Positions 55,775 to 63,542 of a stretch of 64,000 bases of DNA are shown in pieces; position 1 is the stretch's first letter; every line of letters begins with the position of its first letter. The position numbers and the translations under genes are program-made. Origin of the DNA: an uncultured Bacilli bacterium (GTDB lineage Bacteria > Bacillota_I > Bacilli_A > RF39 > UBA660). The notes below the pieces were generated by a model, which was given only the letters and a program-made list of their open reading frames with translations, ran no database searches and was not told where the DNA came from. The stretch is from NCBI GenBank assembly GCA_934101425.1, contig CAKOQQ010000001.1, forward strand, positions 35,781 through 99,780, in the 5' to 3' direction.

Positions 55775-56980
55775 ATGGACATAAAAGAAAAATTAAAAAT
55801 ACTTGCAGATAGCGCTAAATATGATGCTTCTTGTTCATCAAGCGGTAGCAATAGAAAAGGAAGCTATGGAAATGCTAATATATCTGGTATATGCCATTCA
55901 TTCTCTAGTGATGGTAGATGTATTTCTCTTTTAAAAATTCTTATGACTAATATTTGTATATATGATTGCAAATATTGTATAAATAGAAGATCAAATAATA
56001 ATGTAAGAACTATATTTACTCCTTATGAAATATGTAATATTACTATGAATTTCTATAAAAGAAATTATATAGAGGGATTATTTTTAAGTTCTGGTATTAT
56101 TAAAAGTCCTGATTATACAATGGAAAAAATGATAGAAACGATAACACTACTTAGAAGAAAATACAAATTTAGTGGGTATATACATGCTAAAGCAATACCA
56201 GGTTGTAGTGAGGCACTCTTAAAAAAATTAGGATACTTAGTTGATAGGTTAAGTGCCAATATAGAATTACCAACTGATAATGGATTAAAATTACTAGCAC
56301 CAAATAAAGATTTAAATAAAGTAAGTAAAATTATGAAATATGTAAATACTAATAAAAATAAAAGTTTTGTTAGAGCTGGTCAAAGCACACAAATGATTAT
56401 AGGCGCCACAAATGAAAGCGATTTGGATATAATTAGTAAAAGTGAAAACTTATATAATACTTATAATTTAAAAAGAGTATTTTATTCAGCTTATATACCA
56501 GTTAATAAAGATAAAAATTTACCAGCACTTATAGTTCCACCATTAAAAAGAGAACATAGACTTTATCAAGCAGACTTCTTGCTTAGATATTATAATTTTA
56601 CTGTGGAAAACTTACTTGATAAAAATAATCCAAATTTTAATATACTTTTAGATCCAAAATGTGATTGGGCAGTAAAACATTTAGATGAGTTTCCAAAAGA
56701 AATAAATACATGCTCATATAATGACCTACTTAAAATACCAGGAATAGGAGTTTTAAGCGCTAAAAGAATAATATCATCTAGAAAATACTTTAATTTGGAT
56801 TTTAAAGACTTAAAGAAAATGGGTGTTGTTCTTAAACGAGCTATATATTTTATAACATGTAATAATAAATACTATATAAGTCATAAATATTTTAAAAAAA
56901 GTTTTATTGTGGAAAACTTATTATTAGAAGATAAAACTACTAAAATAGAAACTAATAATACACAACTTACATTATTTTAA
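55775..56980 (+). CDS. Putative DNA modification/repair radical SAM protein (TIGR03916-like)
   Basis: The Cys cluster CIYDCKYC, a size of about 400 aa, and a conserved operon partner (DUF4130) immediately downstream with an ATGA overlap. Confidence 0.6.
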   Translation: MDIKEKLKILADSAKYDASCSSSGSNRKGSYGNANISGICHSFSSDGRCISLLKILMTNICIYDCKYCINRRSNNNVRTIFTPYEICNITMNFYKRNYIEGLFLSSGIIKSPDYTMEKMIETITLLRRKYKFSGYIHAKAIPGCSEALLKKLGYLVDRLSANIELPTDNGLKLLAPNKDLNKVSKIMKYVNTNKNKSFVRAGQSTQMIIGATNESDLDIISKSENLYNTYNLKRVFYSAYIPVNKDKNLPALIVPPLKREHRLYQADFLLRYYNFTVENLLDKNNPNFNILLDPKCDWAVKHLDEFPKEINTCSYNDLLKIPGIGVLSAKRIISSRKYFNLDFKDLKKMGVVLKRAIYFITCNNKYYISHKYFKKSFIVENLLLEDKTTKIETNNTQLTLF

Positions 56981-57735
56981 TGAATAAATTATATACATAT
57001 AAAGATACTTTTAGTAGTTTACTAAGTTTAATAAAATATTTATCCACATTTAATATAAAAAATATAAATATTAAAAATGACTTATACACACCTAATTTAT
57101 TAGAAAGAGAGATATTTTTAGATATAAATACTCTAAATATAGAGGCAGTAATCATAAATGATATAGGCATAATTAACTTTAATGTACTATTTTACCTTTA
57201 TTTATCTAATGAAAAAAATAAAGAAAATATAATGTATTACTTTTATTTAAATGCATTAAGATATAAAGATACTATATTAAAAAGAAGAAATTTAAATTGT
57301 GTTACTGAAGCAAATAGAATTATCAAATATGTAAAAGGTGAAAATCATAAGTTTAAAGGATTTGTTAGATTTAAAGAACTTAATAGTAAAATACTTTATT
57401 CAGAAATAAATCCAACCAATAATATATTACCAATACTCTCTATTCATTTTAAAAATAGACTTAAAGAAGAATGTTGGATTATTAAAGATGTTAATAGAAA
57501 TATATATGCGTTATATGATAAAAAAGCTATACAAATAGTGAATGTGGAAAAAATCCCCTTAAATGTGGAAAACTTGAGTAATACCGAAATAGAAATGGAA
57601 ACCATGTGGAAAACTTTTTATAATACTATTGGTATAGAAGAAAGAAAAAATAATAGATGTAGAATGAACTTTATGCCTAAAAAATATTGGAAATACATTT
57701 TAGAAGTGAGGGATATAAATGAAGAAAGTAATTAG
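56980..57735 (+). CDS. DUF4130 domain protein (TIGR03915-like partner of the radical SAM protein)
   Basis: KGFVRFKEL...ILPILSIHFKNRL...CWIIKDVNRNIYALYD and a C-terminal ...MPKKYWKYI, the pattern typical of DUF4130. Confidence 0.55.
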   Translation: MNKLYTYKDTFSSLLSLIKYLSTFNIKNINIKNDLYTPNLLEREIFLDINTLNIEAVIINDIGIINFNVLFYLYLSNEKNKENIMYYFYLNALRYKDTILKRRNLNCVTEANRIIKYVKGENHKFKGFVRFKELNSKILYSEINPTNNILPILSIHFKNRLKEECWIIKDVNRNIYALYDKKAIQIVNVEKIPLNVENLSNTEIEMETMWKTFYNTIGIEERKNNRCRMNFMPKKYWKYILEVRDINEESN

Positions 57736-59206
57736 TGGAAATGAATTATATGACAATATGACAAAAGCAACAAGCTTAATTTGTAGTACTGTTAAAACTA
57801 CATTAGGGCCTAAAGGATGTAATGTTATAATTGATGAATCAAACTTATCACCATATATTACAAATGATGGTGTCACAATTGCTAATAATATTTGTAGTGA
57901 CGATGAAGTAATAAACGCTATACTAACTATTACTAAAGAAGCTAGTATAAAAACTAATAATGATGTTGGTGATGGTACTACTTCCACATTAGTACTTTTA
58001 GAAAAAATATTTAATGAAGGACTAAAAGAAATAAAATGTGGAAAAAATCCTATGATACTAAAAAAAGAGCTTTATGAAGATTTAGAAGATATAATATTAG
58101 AAATAAATAAATATAATAAGAAACCTTCTAATGATGATTTACTTAAAATAGCAACTATATCAGGTGGTAATAATAAAATAGGAGAAAATGTTACTAAGTC
58201 TTATTTAAAAAGTAATGAAATAGAAATTATAGAAGACACTGAAACTTATATAGAAGAAATAAATGGTTATACATTTGATACCATAATCGCAAGTCCATAT
58301 TTCTTCAAATATAATAAAGAACTATCATATAATAATTCTTACATTATACTTTTTGATAATGATATATGTAGTACCGAAGAAATCGCTAATATATTAAACT
58401 ATACAATAAATAATGATAGATCACTAATTATAGTAGCAAATGATTACAGTGAAAATTTTATAAATGAAACAATTAATTTATATTTAGATAGTGATATAAA
58501 AATATGTCTACTTAAAAATCCCGAATATGGCATAAGAAGATATCAACTATATGAAGATTTAAAAGCTATAACAAAAGCAAATATAACTAATGATATTATT
58601 ACAATAAACGATATTGGTACTATAAACACTATAAAAATAAATAATGAAAATACAAATATAATGTTTACATATGATAATGATATAAAAAATAGAATAAAAG
58701 AAATAACAAAAAGTGGATTTGATGAATACTATATAAGTCAAAAATTAGCAATGTTTACATCATCTCTTATAAAAATACATATTAGTGCAAATACAGATAC
58801 TGAAAGAAAAGAGATGAAAATGCGTTATGATGATGCCTTATGTGCTATAAGAGAAGCTAAAAATGGTATTATTCCTGGTAGTGGACTTATTTTATATCAA
58901 ATAAGTAACAAATGTAAAAATAAAATATTTAAAAACTCTCTTTCAGCTATTTTAGATCAAATACTATATAATGCCGGATTAGATGAAAATAAAATAAAAG
59001 ATTACATAAAAAGTAACAATTTCCAAAAAATATACAATATTATTAATGACATGTATGAAAGTGTAGATGATACTAGTGTACTAGATCCTACATCTGTGGT
59101 AATAAATAGCTTAGTAAATGCAACTTCCATAGCTAGTATGTTACTTACTACTACATCAATTATAGTAAATGAGCATATAGAAACTCACTATACAAATGAA
59201 ATTTGA
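57719..59206 (+). CDS. Divergent, truncated GroEL/Cpn60-like chaperonin paralog
   Basis: TLGPKGCNVIIDES (GroEL has TLGPKGRNVVLDKS). NDVGDGTTSTLVLLEKIFNEGLKEI (GroEL has NDAAGDGTTTATVLAQAI..EGLKAV). GKNPMILKKEL, ATISGGNNKIGENV, SPYFFKYNKE, and RYDDALCAIREAKNGIIPGSGLIL (GroEL has [25 protein letters not shown]). It is 495 aa, with no GGM tail. Its start overlaps the DUF4130 gene by 17 nt. Confidence 0.75.
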   Translation: MKKVISGNELYDNMTKATSLICSTVKTTLGPKGCNVIIDESNLSPYITNDGVTIANNICSDDEVINAILTITKEASIKTNNDVGDGTTSTLVLLEKIFNEGLKEIKCGKNPMILKKELYEDLEDIILEINKYNKKPSNDDLLKIATISGGNNKIGENVTKSYLKSNEIEIIEDTETYIEEINGYTFDTIIASPYFFKYNKELSYNNSYIILFDNDICSTEEIANILNYTINNDRSLIIVANDYSENFINETINLYLDSDIKICLLKNPEYGIRRYQLYEDLKAITKANITNDIITINDIGTINTIKINNENTNIMFTYDNDIKNRIKEITKSGFDEYYISQKLAMFTSSLIKIHISANTDTERKEMKMRYDDALCAIREAKNGIIPGSGLILYQISNKCKNKIFKNSLSAILDQILYNAGLDENKIKDYIKSNNFQKIYNIINDMYESVDDTSVLDPTSVVINSLVNATSIASMLLTTTSIIVNEHIETHYTNEI

Positions 59207-59252
59207 TTTTTTTAATTAAACATGCTAAAATACATAACTCGTAGGTGATTAT

Positions 59253-59900
59253 ATGGAATATGAAAATAAAGAGTTATGTTCTTCTTGTAAAGGTATGTGC
59301 TGTAAGAAAAGTGGTTGTGACTACTTTGTTAGTGATTTTGAAAGAATTACAAAAGATGAAATATTAAAAGCTCTTTTACCTGGTAAAATATCAATTGTTT
59401 CAGCATTTAAAAAAAGTGTTATAAATGGTAAAGTTATACTTACACCATTCTTATATTTACGAGCTAGAAATAAAGATAGAGATATAGTAGACTTATTCTC
59501 TATGAAAAAAACTTGTTCAATGCTTACTGATACTGGATGCTCATATAGTTTAGAAGATAGACCTGGTGGAGGCGTAAACCTTATACCTAAGAAAAACGGT
59601 TGTAAACCTCTTAAAGATCCTATTGAAGAAATGAGAAAATGGGAACCATATCAAGGAGTACTAGCAAAAATTGTAAAAAGAATAACAGGCAAAAGTGTTG
59701 ATAAAGTTTTAAGAGAAGATGTTGAAGAAGTATTGTATCAAATATTAACAGAACAATTTGATGGAATAAGTAAAAGAGAAATAGCTGATATAGTAAGTGG
59801 ATTACAAGATTTAATATTAGCATTTCCTAATGAATATGAAAACGCTAAAATAAGAGCAAAGAAATATATTAAAATATACGAAAAAAAGACTACTGAGTAG
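59253..59900 (+). CDS. YkgJ-type CxxCxxCC zinc/iron-chelating domain protein (FliB/UPF0153-like family)
   Basis: N-terminal CSSCKGMCCKKSGCDY. 215 aa. It is the last gene of the radical SAM / DUF4130 / GroEL-like operon. Confidence 0.5.
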   Translation: MEYENKELCSSCKGMCCKKSGCDYFVSDFERITKDEILKALLPGKISIVSAFKKSVINGKVILTPFLYLRARNKDRDIVDLFSMKKTCSMLTDTGCSYSLEDRPGGGVNLIPKKNGCKPLKDPIEEMRKWEPYQGVLAKIVKRITGKSVDKVLREDVEEVLYQILTEQFDGISKREIADIVSGLQDLILAFPNEYENAKIRAKKYIKIYEKKTTE

Positions 59901-59910
59901 TCTTTTTATT
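59884..59910. terminator. Bidirectional terminator AGACTAC-tga-GTAGTCT plus a T-run
   Basis: It overlaps the stop of 59253..59900 and shares its stem sequence with the hairpin at 52207..52232. Confidence 0.5.
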
Positions 59911-59916
59911 ATCTAA

Positions 59917-59993
59917 TGGGGCGACATAAGGGAATCGAACCCTTGCATAACGGAACCACAATCCGCCGTGTTAACCCCTTCACCAATGTCGCC
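59917..59993 (-). tRNA. tRNA-His (anticodon GTG) with an encoded G-1 and CCA
   Basis: Minus strand: G-GCGACAT-TG-GTGA-AGGGGTTA-ACAC-G-GCGGA-TTGTGGT-TCCGT-TATGC-AAGGG-TTCGATT-CCCTT-ATGTCGC-C-CCA. The 7-bp acceptor stem, T-loop TTCGATT, anticodon loop with GTG, G-1:C73 and discriminator C are hallmarks of tRNA-His. Confidence 0.85.
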
Positions 59994-60053
59994 ATGTCAT
60001 ATAGACATATATATAATATCAGTTTTTTATTGTTTTGGCAATACTTTTTTTTA

Positions 60054-60080
60054 ATAATTAAAACACCTATACACATAACA
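60054..60080 (+). promoter_or_regulatory. Candidate sigma-E-like sporulation promoter upstream of cotJ (ATAATT-14-CATAACA)
   Basis: -35-like ATAATT at 60054..60059, a 14-nt spacer, and -10-like CATAACA at 60074..60080. The sigma-E consensus is ATATT-14-CATACA-T. By analogy, cotJ is sigma-E dependent in Bacillus. Confidence 0.3.
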
Positions 60081-60114
60081 CCTAATTACATAAATTATGT
60101 TAGGAGGTAAGTCA

Positions 60115-60573
60115 ATGAATAATAATTATTATAATCAAAATATGTTTGATACTACAAACTTAACTAGTGACTATTATAATTATGTAAATAATAATTATAA
60201 TCAGCCATATAATCAAAATATGAAGAATATAAATATATATAACCCATATCAAGGTTATATAAGAGGTAATATGTTTCCTGATTTATATAACACATATAAA
60301 ATAAATGCACCTTTTGAAATTGAGCCATTAAATGAACAGGCTGATATGCTTACTAATATTGACGCTTATTCATTTGCATTAAAAGACTTAAATTTATATT
60401 TAGATGTTTACCCTAATGATAAAACTATGATTGATTTATATAATAGATATTTAATGCAAAAAAAGCAAATTGTTAGAGATTACGAAAATAAATATGGGCC
60501 TTTAACATTAGATAGTGAATCATTAAATAAATATCCTTGGGCGTGGGATGGTAAACTCCCATGGGATAGATAG
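60115..60573 (+). CDS. cotJB: Spore coat protein CotJA-CotJB fusion with an N/Y-rich low-complexity N-terminus
   Basis: The N-terminal part has the CotJA motif PYQGYIRGNMFPDLYNTY. The C-terminal part, AYSFALKDLNLYLDVYPNDKTMIDLYNRYLMQKKQIVRDYENKYGPLT...PWAWD, matches CotJB. I trimmed the start to the ATG after the AGGAGGT RBS. Confidence 0.75.
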   Translation: MNNNYYNQNMFDTTNLTSDYYNYVNNNYNQPYNQNMKNINIYNPYQGYIRGNMFPDLYNTYKINAPFEIEPLNEQADMLTNIDAYSFALKDLNLYLDVYPNDKTMIDLYNRYLMQKKQIVRDYENKYGPLTLDSESLNKYPWAWDGKLPWDR

Positions 60574-60582
60574 GAGGTTAAT

Positions 60583-61143
60583 ATGTGGGCATATGAAAAA
60601 AAATTACAATATCCTGTTAACATAAACAAAAAGGATTTGAAATTAGCTAAATATTTACTAAGTCAATATGGTGGTCCTGATTCAGAACTTGCTGCTGCTA
60701 CTAGATATCTAAATCAAAGATATACTATGCCAGATGATAAGGGGAAAACACTTCTTACTGATATTGGTACTGAAGAATTAGGTCACTGGGAAATGATCGC
60801 CGCTATGATATATCAACTTATGAAAGGTGCAACTATAGAAGAATTAAAAGAAGCTGGATTAGGTGCAAATTTTGCACAACACGATCATGCTCTTTTCATA
60901 ACAGATGCTAATGGAGTACCTTTTACTACTTCTTATATAGAAGCTAGTGGAGATTTTATAGCTGATTTAGAAAGTGATATGGCAGCTGAACAAAGAGCTA
61001 GAGCTACTTATGAACATTTAATGGATTTAACTACTGATCCAGAAGTAATAGCACCACTAGCATTTTTAAGACAAAGAGAAATTGTTCATTATCAAAGATT
61101 TAAAGAACTAAGAAATTACTATTTAGAAAATAATACTAAATAG
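60583..61143 (+). CDS. cotJC: Spore coat protein CotJC (manganese catalase family)
   Basis: MWAYEKKLQYPVNI...ELAAATRYLNQRY...EELGHWEMIAAMIYQL. 186 aa, directly downstream of cotJB. Confidence 0.85.
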   Translation: MWAYEKKLQYPVNINKKDLKLAKYLLSQYGGPDSELAAATRYLNQRYTMPDDKGKTLLTDIGTEELGHWEMIAAMIYQLMKGATIEELKEAGLGANFAQHDHALFITDANGVPFTTSYIEASGDFIADLESDMAAEQRARATYEHLMDLTTDPEVIAPLAFLRQREIVHYQRFKELRNYYLENNTK

Positions 61144-61185
61144 TATTTTTTTTTATTTTTTTTACATAATAATATTGGTGACTTT

Positions 61186-61812
61186 ATGAAATATATTATG
61201 ATGCTATTATTATTATTTACTGTAGGGTGTACAAAAAATATAAATATAGATAATATACAAAATATAAATTATAAAAATGTAGCATTTTTAGATTATGATT
61301 ATAAAAATATAATTGATAATGTTAATGGGAAATATAGTAAAACTAATAAAATTGATGATAACAATAGTACTATAACAATTGTAGATAAATATAATATAAA
61401 TACTTTTTATATTACTAAAAATAAAATATATACAGTTTATGATAATGATATATACTATAAAGAAAATAAGGACTTATTATCAATCTTAGATAGTAAATAT
61501 CTAGAATATACTAATACTAATTTCTTTACTATTACATATAATACTACCTACACTAAAAGTGATTCTTTAAATATTAAACTTGATAATACTGATAATAATT
61601 ATAATTTGGAATTAAAAGATACAATATATAATTTAAATATATATGATAACAGTAATGATGAACTTTTATATAGCATTGATAATATAGATAATAACTCTAT
61701 AAATATAAGAACTAATAAAGATATTAAAATAACTTTTGAAAATAAATATAACTTTATATTTTCTATAACAAGAGATAATGATGAATTTATTACAAAAATA
61801 AAACAAAAGTAA
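61186..61812 (+). CDS. Asn/Tyr-rich lipoprotein, hypothetical
   Basis: Signal peptide with a lipobox (LLLFTVGC). Low-complexity body rich in N, Y, I, D and K. Confidence 0.45.
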   Translation: MKYIMMLLLLFTVGCTKNINIDNIQNINYKNVAFLDYDYKNIIDNVNGKYSKTNKIDDNNSTITIVDKYNINTFYITKNKIYTVYDNDIYYKENKDLLSILDSKYLEYTNTNFFTITYNTTYTKSDSLNIKLDNTDNNYNLELKDTIYNLNIYDNSNDELLYSIDNIDNNSINIRTNKDIKITFENKYNFIFSITRDNDEFITKIKQK

Positions 61813-61980
61813 TTACTTTTGTTTTTCATTCATACGAGCTTTTTTAGCTTCACGGCATTCTTTACATCTAACAGGTTCATTAGTAAAACCTTTTTCTTGA
61901 TAAAATTCTTGTTCACCAACAGTGAAAATGAATTCTTTACCGCAGTCTTTACAAATAATCTTCTTATCTTGTTTTTCCAT
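61813..61980 (-). CDS. Small zinc-ribbon protein of 55 aa
   Basis: MEKQDKKIICKDCGKEFIFTVGEQEFYQEKGFTNEPVRCKECREAKKARMNEKQK. This follows the CxxC...GEQEFY.EKGF.NEP.RC..CR pattern of a conserved small zinc-ribbon family. The six-frame track misses it because it is under 60 aa. Confidence 0.5.
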   Translation of the reverse strand: MEKQDKKIICKDCGKEFIFTVGEQEFYQEKGFTNEPVRCKECREAKKARMNEKQK

Positions 61981-62111
61981 ATTATCCCTCCTTCATTAGA
62001 TTGATTTAAAGTTATAGTTCCTAAAGGAAGTGATAATTTTTAAACCTTTATAAATATATCATATTCATTAAAAATAATCAATAAATTGAATATAATTTAT
62101 TAGAGGTGAAT

Positions 62112-63035
62112 ATGAAAAAAGTATTATTACTTTATGGTGGAATGTCAACTGAACATGATGTTTCCTTGTCTTCCGCTAAAAGTATATTAGATAATTATGA
62201 TACAAACTTATTTGAAATAACACCAGTTTATGTAGATAAAAATAATAACTGGTGTTTAAATAATAGTAAAATTGATAATATCATATCATTTTTAAAAGAA
62301 TTTGATATAGTATTTCCCATAATTCATGGTTATGGTGGAGAAGATGGAAAATTAGCTGGATTACTTGATATGTTTGATATTAAGTATGTTGGATCTGGAG
62401 TATTATCTAGTGCAATAGGTATGGATAAGGAAATAGCTAAAATAATATTTAATTATTTAAATATACCTACAGTTCCTTCCTATACTATTAGAAATCTAAA
62501 AGATATTAAAAAAATGCCATTTTCTTATCCTGTTATAGTTAAACCAGCTAATGGTGGTTCATCAGTAGGTATTAGTAAAGTAAATAATAAAAATGAATTA
62601 AAAGAAAAAGTAATGGAAGCATTTAAATATGATAATAAGGTACTAATAGAAAAATATATTAAAGCTAGAGAATTAGAATGTGCAATATTAAAATATAAGA
62701 AACTTATAGTATCTGATATTGGTGAAATTAAAAGTGAAAATGAATTATATGATTATGAAGCTAAATATATTAAAAAATCAAATACTATAGTACCTGCAAA
62801 TATCCCTAAAAATATTAAAAAAATAATTCAAGAATATTCTAGACGAGTATTTGATTTCTTAGATTGTAAAAATTTATGTAGAATTGATTTTTTCTACAAT
62901 GAAGAAAATGATAAAATATATTTAAATGAAATAAATACTTTGCCAGGATTTACCGAAATAAGTATGTACCCTAAATTAATGATAAATGAAAAAATAAGTT
63001 ATAAAAATCTTATAACTTATTTACTTCAAGAATAA
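62112..63035 (+). CDS. ddl: D-alanine--D-alanine ligase
   Basis: MKKVLLLYGGMSTEHDVSLSSA, the ATP-grasp motif VIVKPANGGSSVGISKV, and a C-terminal EINTLPGFTEISMYPKL. It is unusually short at about 307 aa. Confidence 0.8.
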   Translation: MKKVLLLYGGMSTEHDVSLSSAKSILDNYDTNLFEITPVYVDKNNNWCLNNSKIDNIISFLKEFDIVFPIIHGYGGEDGKLAGLLDMFDIKYVGSGVLSSAIGMDKEIAKIIFNYLNIPTVPSYTIRNLKDIKKMPFSYPVIVKPANGGSSVGISKVNNKNELKEKVMEAFKYDNKVLIEKYIKARELECAILKYKKLIVSDIGEIKSENELYDYEAKYIKKSNTIVPANIPKNIKKIIQEYSRRVFDFLDCKNLCRIDFFYNEENDKIYLNEINTLPGFTEISMYPKLMINEKISYKNLITYLLQE

Positions 63036-63215
63036 ATCATCAGGGTGCATATTAAAATATTTAGATATTTTAATCGCTTCATCATAATGTAATTTTCTTT
63101 TTCTTGTTTCTAACATATGATAATAAGCTACACTAGTATTTAAAACTTTAGCCATCTCTTTTAATGTAATTTTATTTTCTTTTCGCATTTTTATTAGTTT
63201 ATTAGTATTATACAT
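63021..63215 (-). CDS. XRE-family HTH transcriptional regulator (small, Cro/CI-like)
   Basis: ITLKEMAKVLNTSVAYYHMLE is an HTH. 64 aa. It overlaps the 3' end of ddl convergently. The true start may be an internal Met. Confidence 0.55.
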   Translation of the reverse strand: MYNTNKLIKMRKENKITLKEMAKVLNTSVAYYHMLETRKRKLHYDEAIKISKYFNMHPDDLFLK

Positions 63216-63295
63216 ATTTTTATTGTAACATAACCTAGACTATTAGTCTATATTTAATATTGGTATTTTATTATAAAATTAATTTAGGTGATATT

Positions 63296-63508
63296 GTGAC
63301 TAATATATATAATACAATTGGTAAAAACATTAAAAAGTATCGGAAGTTAAAAGGTTGGACACAACGTGAACTAGCTGAAAAGTTATATGTTAGTGAAAGT
63401 TTTATATCAAAATTAGAATCAGTCACATATCAAACTATAGCAATAGATACCTTAGAACAAATTGCTAAATTATTAGATACAAGTATTAAAAATTTCTTTG
63501 ATGAATAA
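63296..63508 (+). CDS. XRE-family HTH transcriptional regulator, divergent from 63021..63215
   Basis: KNIKKYRKLKGWTQRELAEKLYVSESFISKLE. I placed the start at the GTG that follows an AGGTGA RBS. Confidence 0.55.
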   Translation: MTNIYNTIGKNIKKYRKLKGWTQRELAEKLYVSESFISKLESVTYQTIAIDTLEQIAKLLDTSIKNFFDE

Positions 63509-63513
63509 TAAAA

Positions 63514-63542
63514 AAGCTATGATCTTAACATAGCTTTTTTTC
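63514..63542. terminator. Bidirectional terminator AAGCTATG-atcttaa-CATAGCTT plus a T-run
   Basis: It lies between the plus-strand XRE gene and the minus-strand typA. Confidence 0.5.

Noticed and set aside
59916-60110. The 64-aa plus-strand ORF from the track
   Set aside because: The region is occupied by tRNA-His on the minus strand (59917..59993) and by the cotJ promoter/RBS region. The ORF translation is low-complexity.
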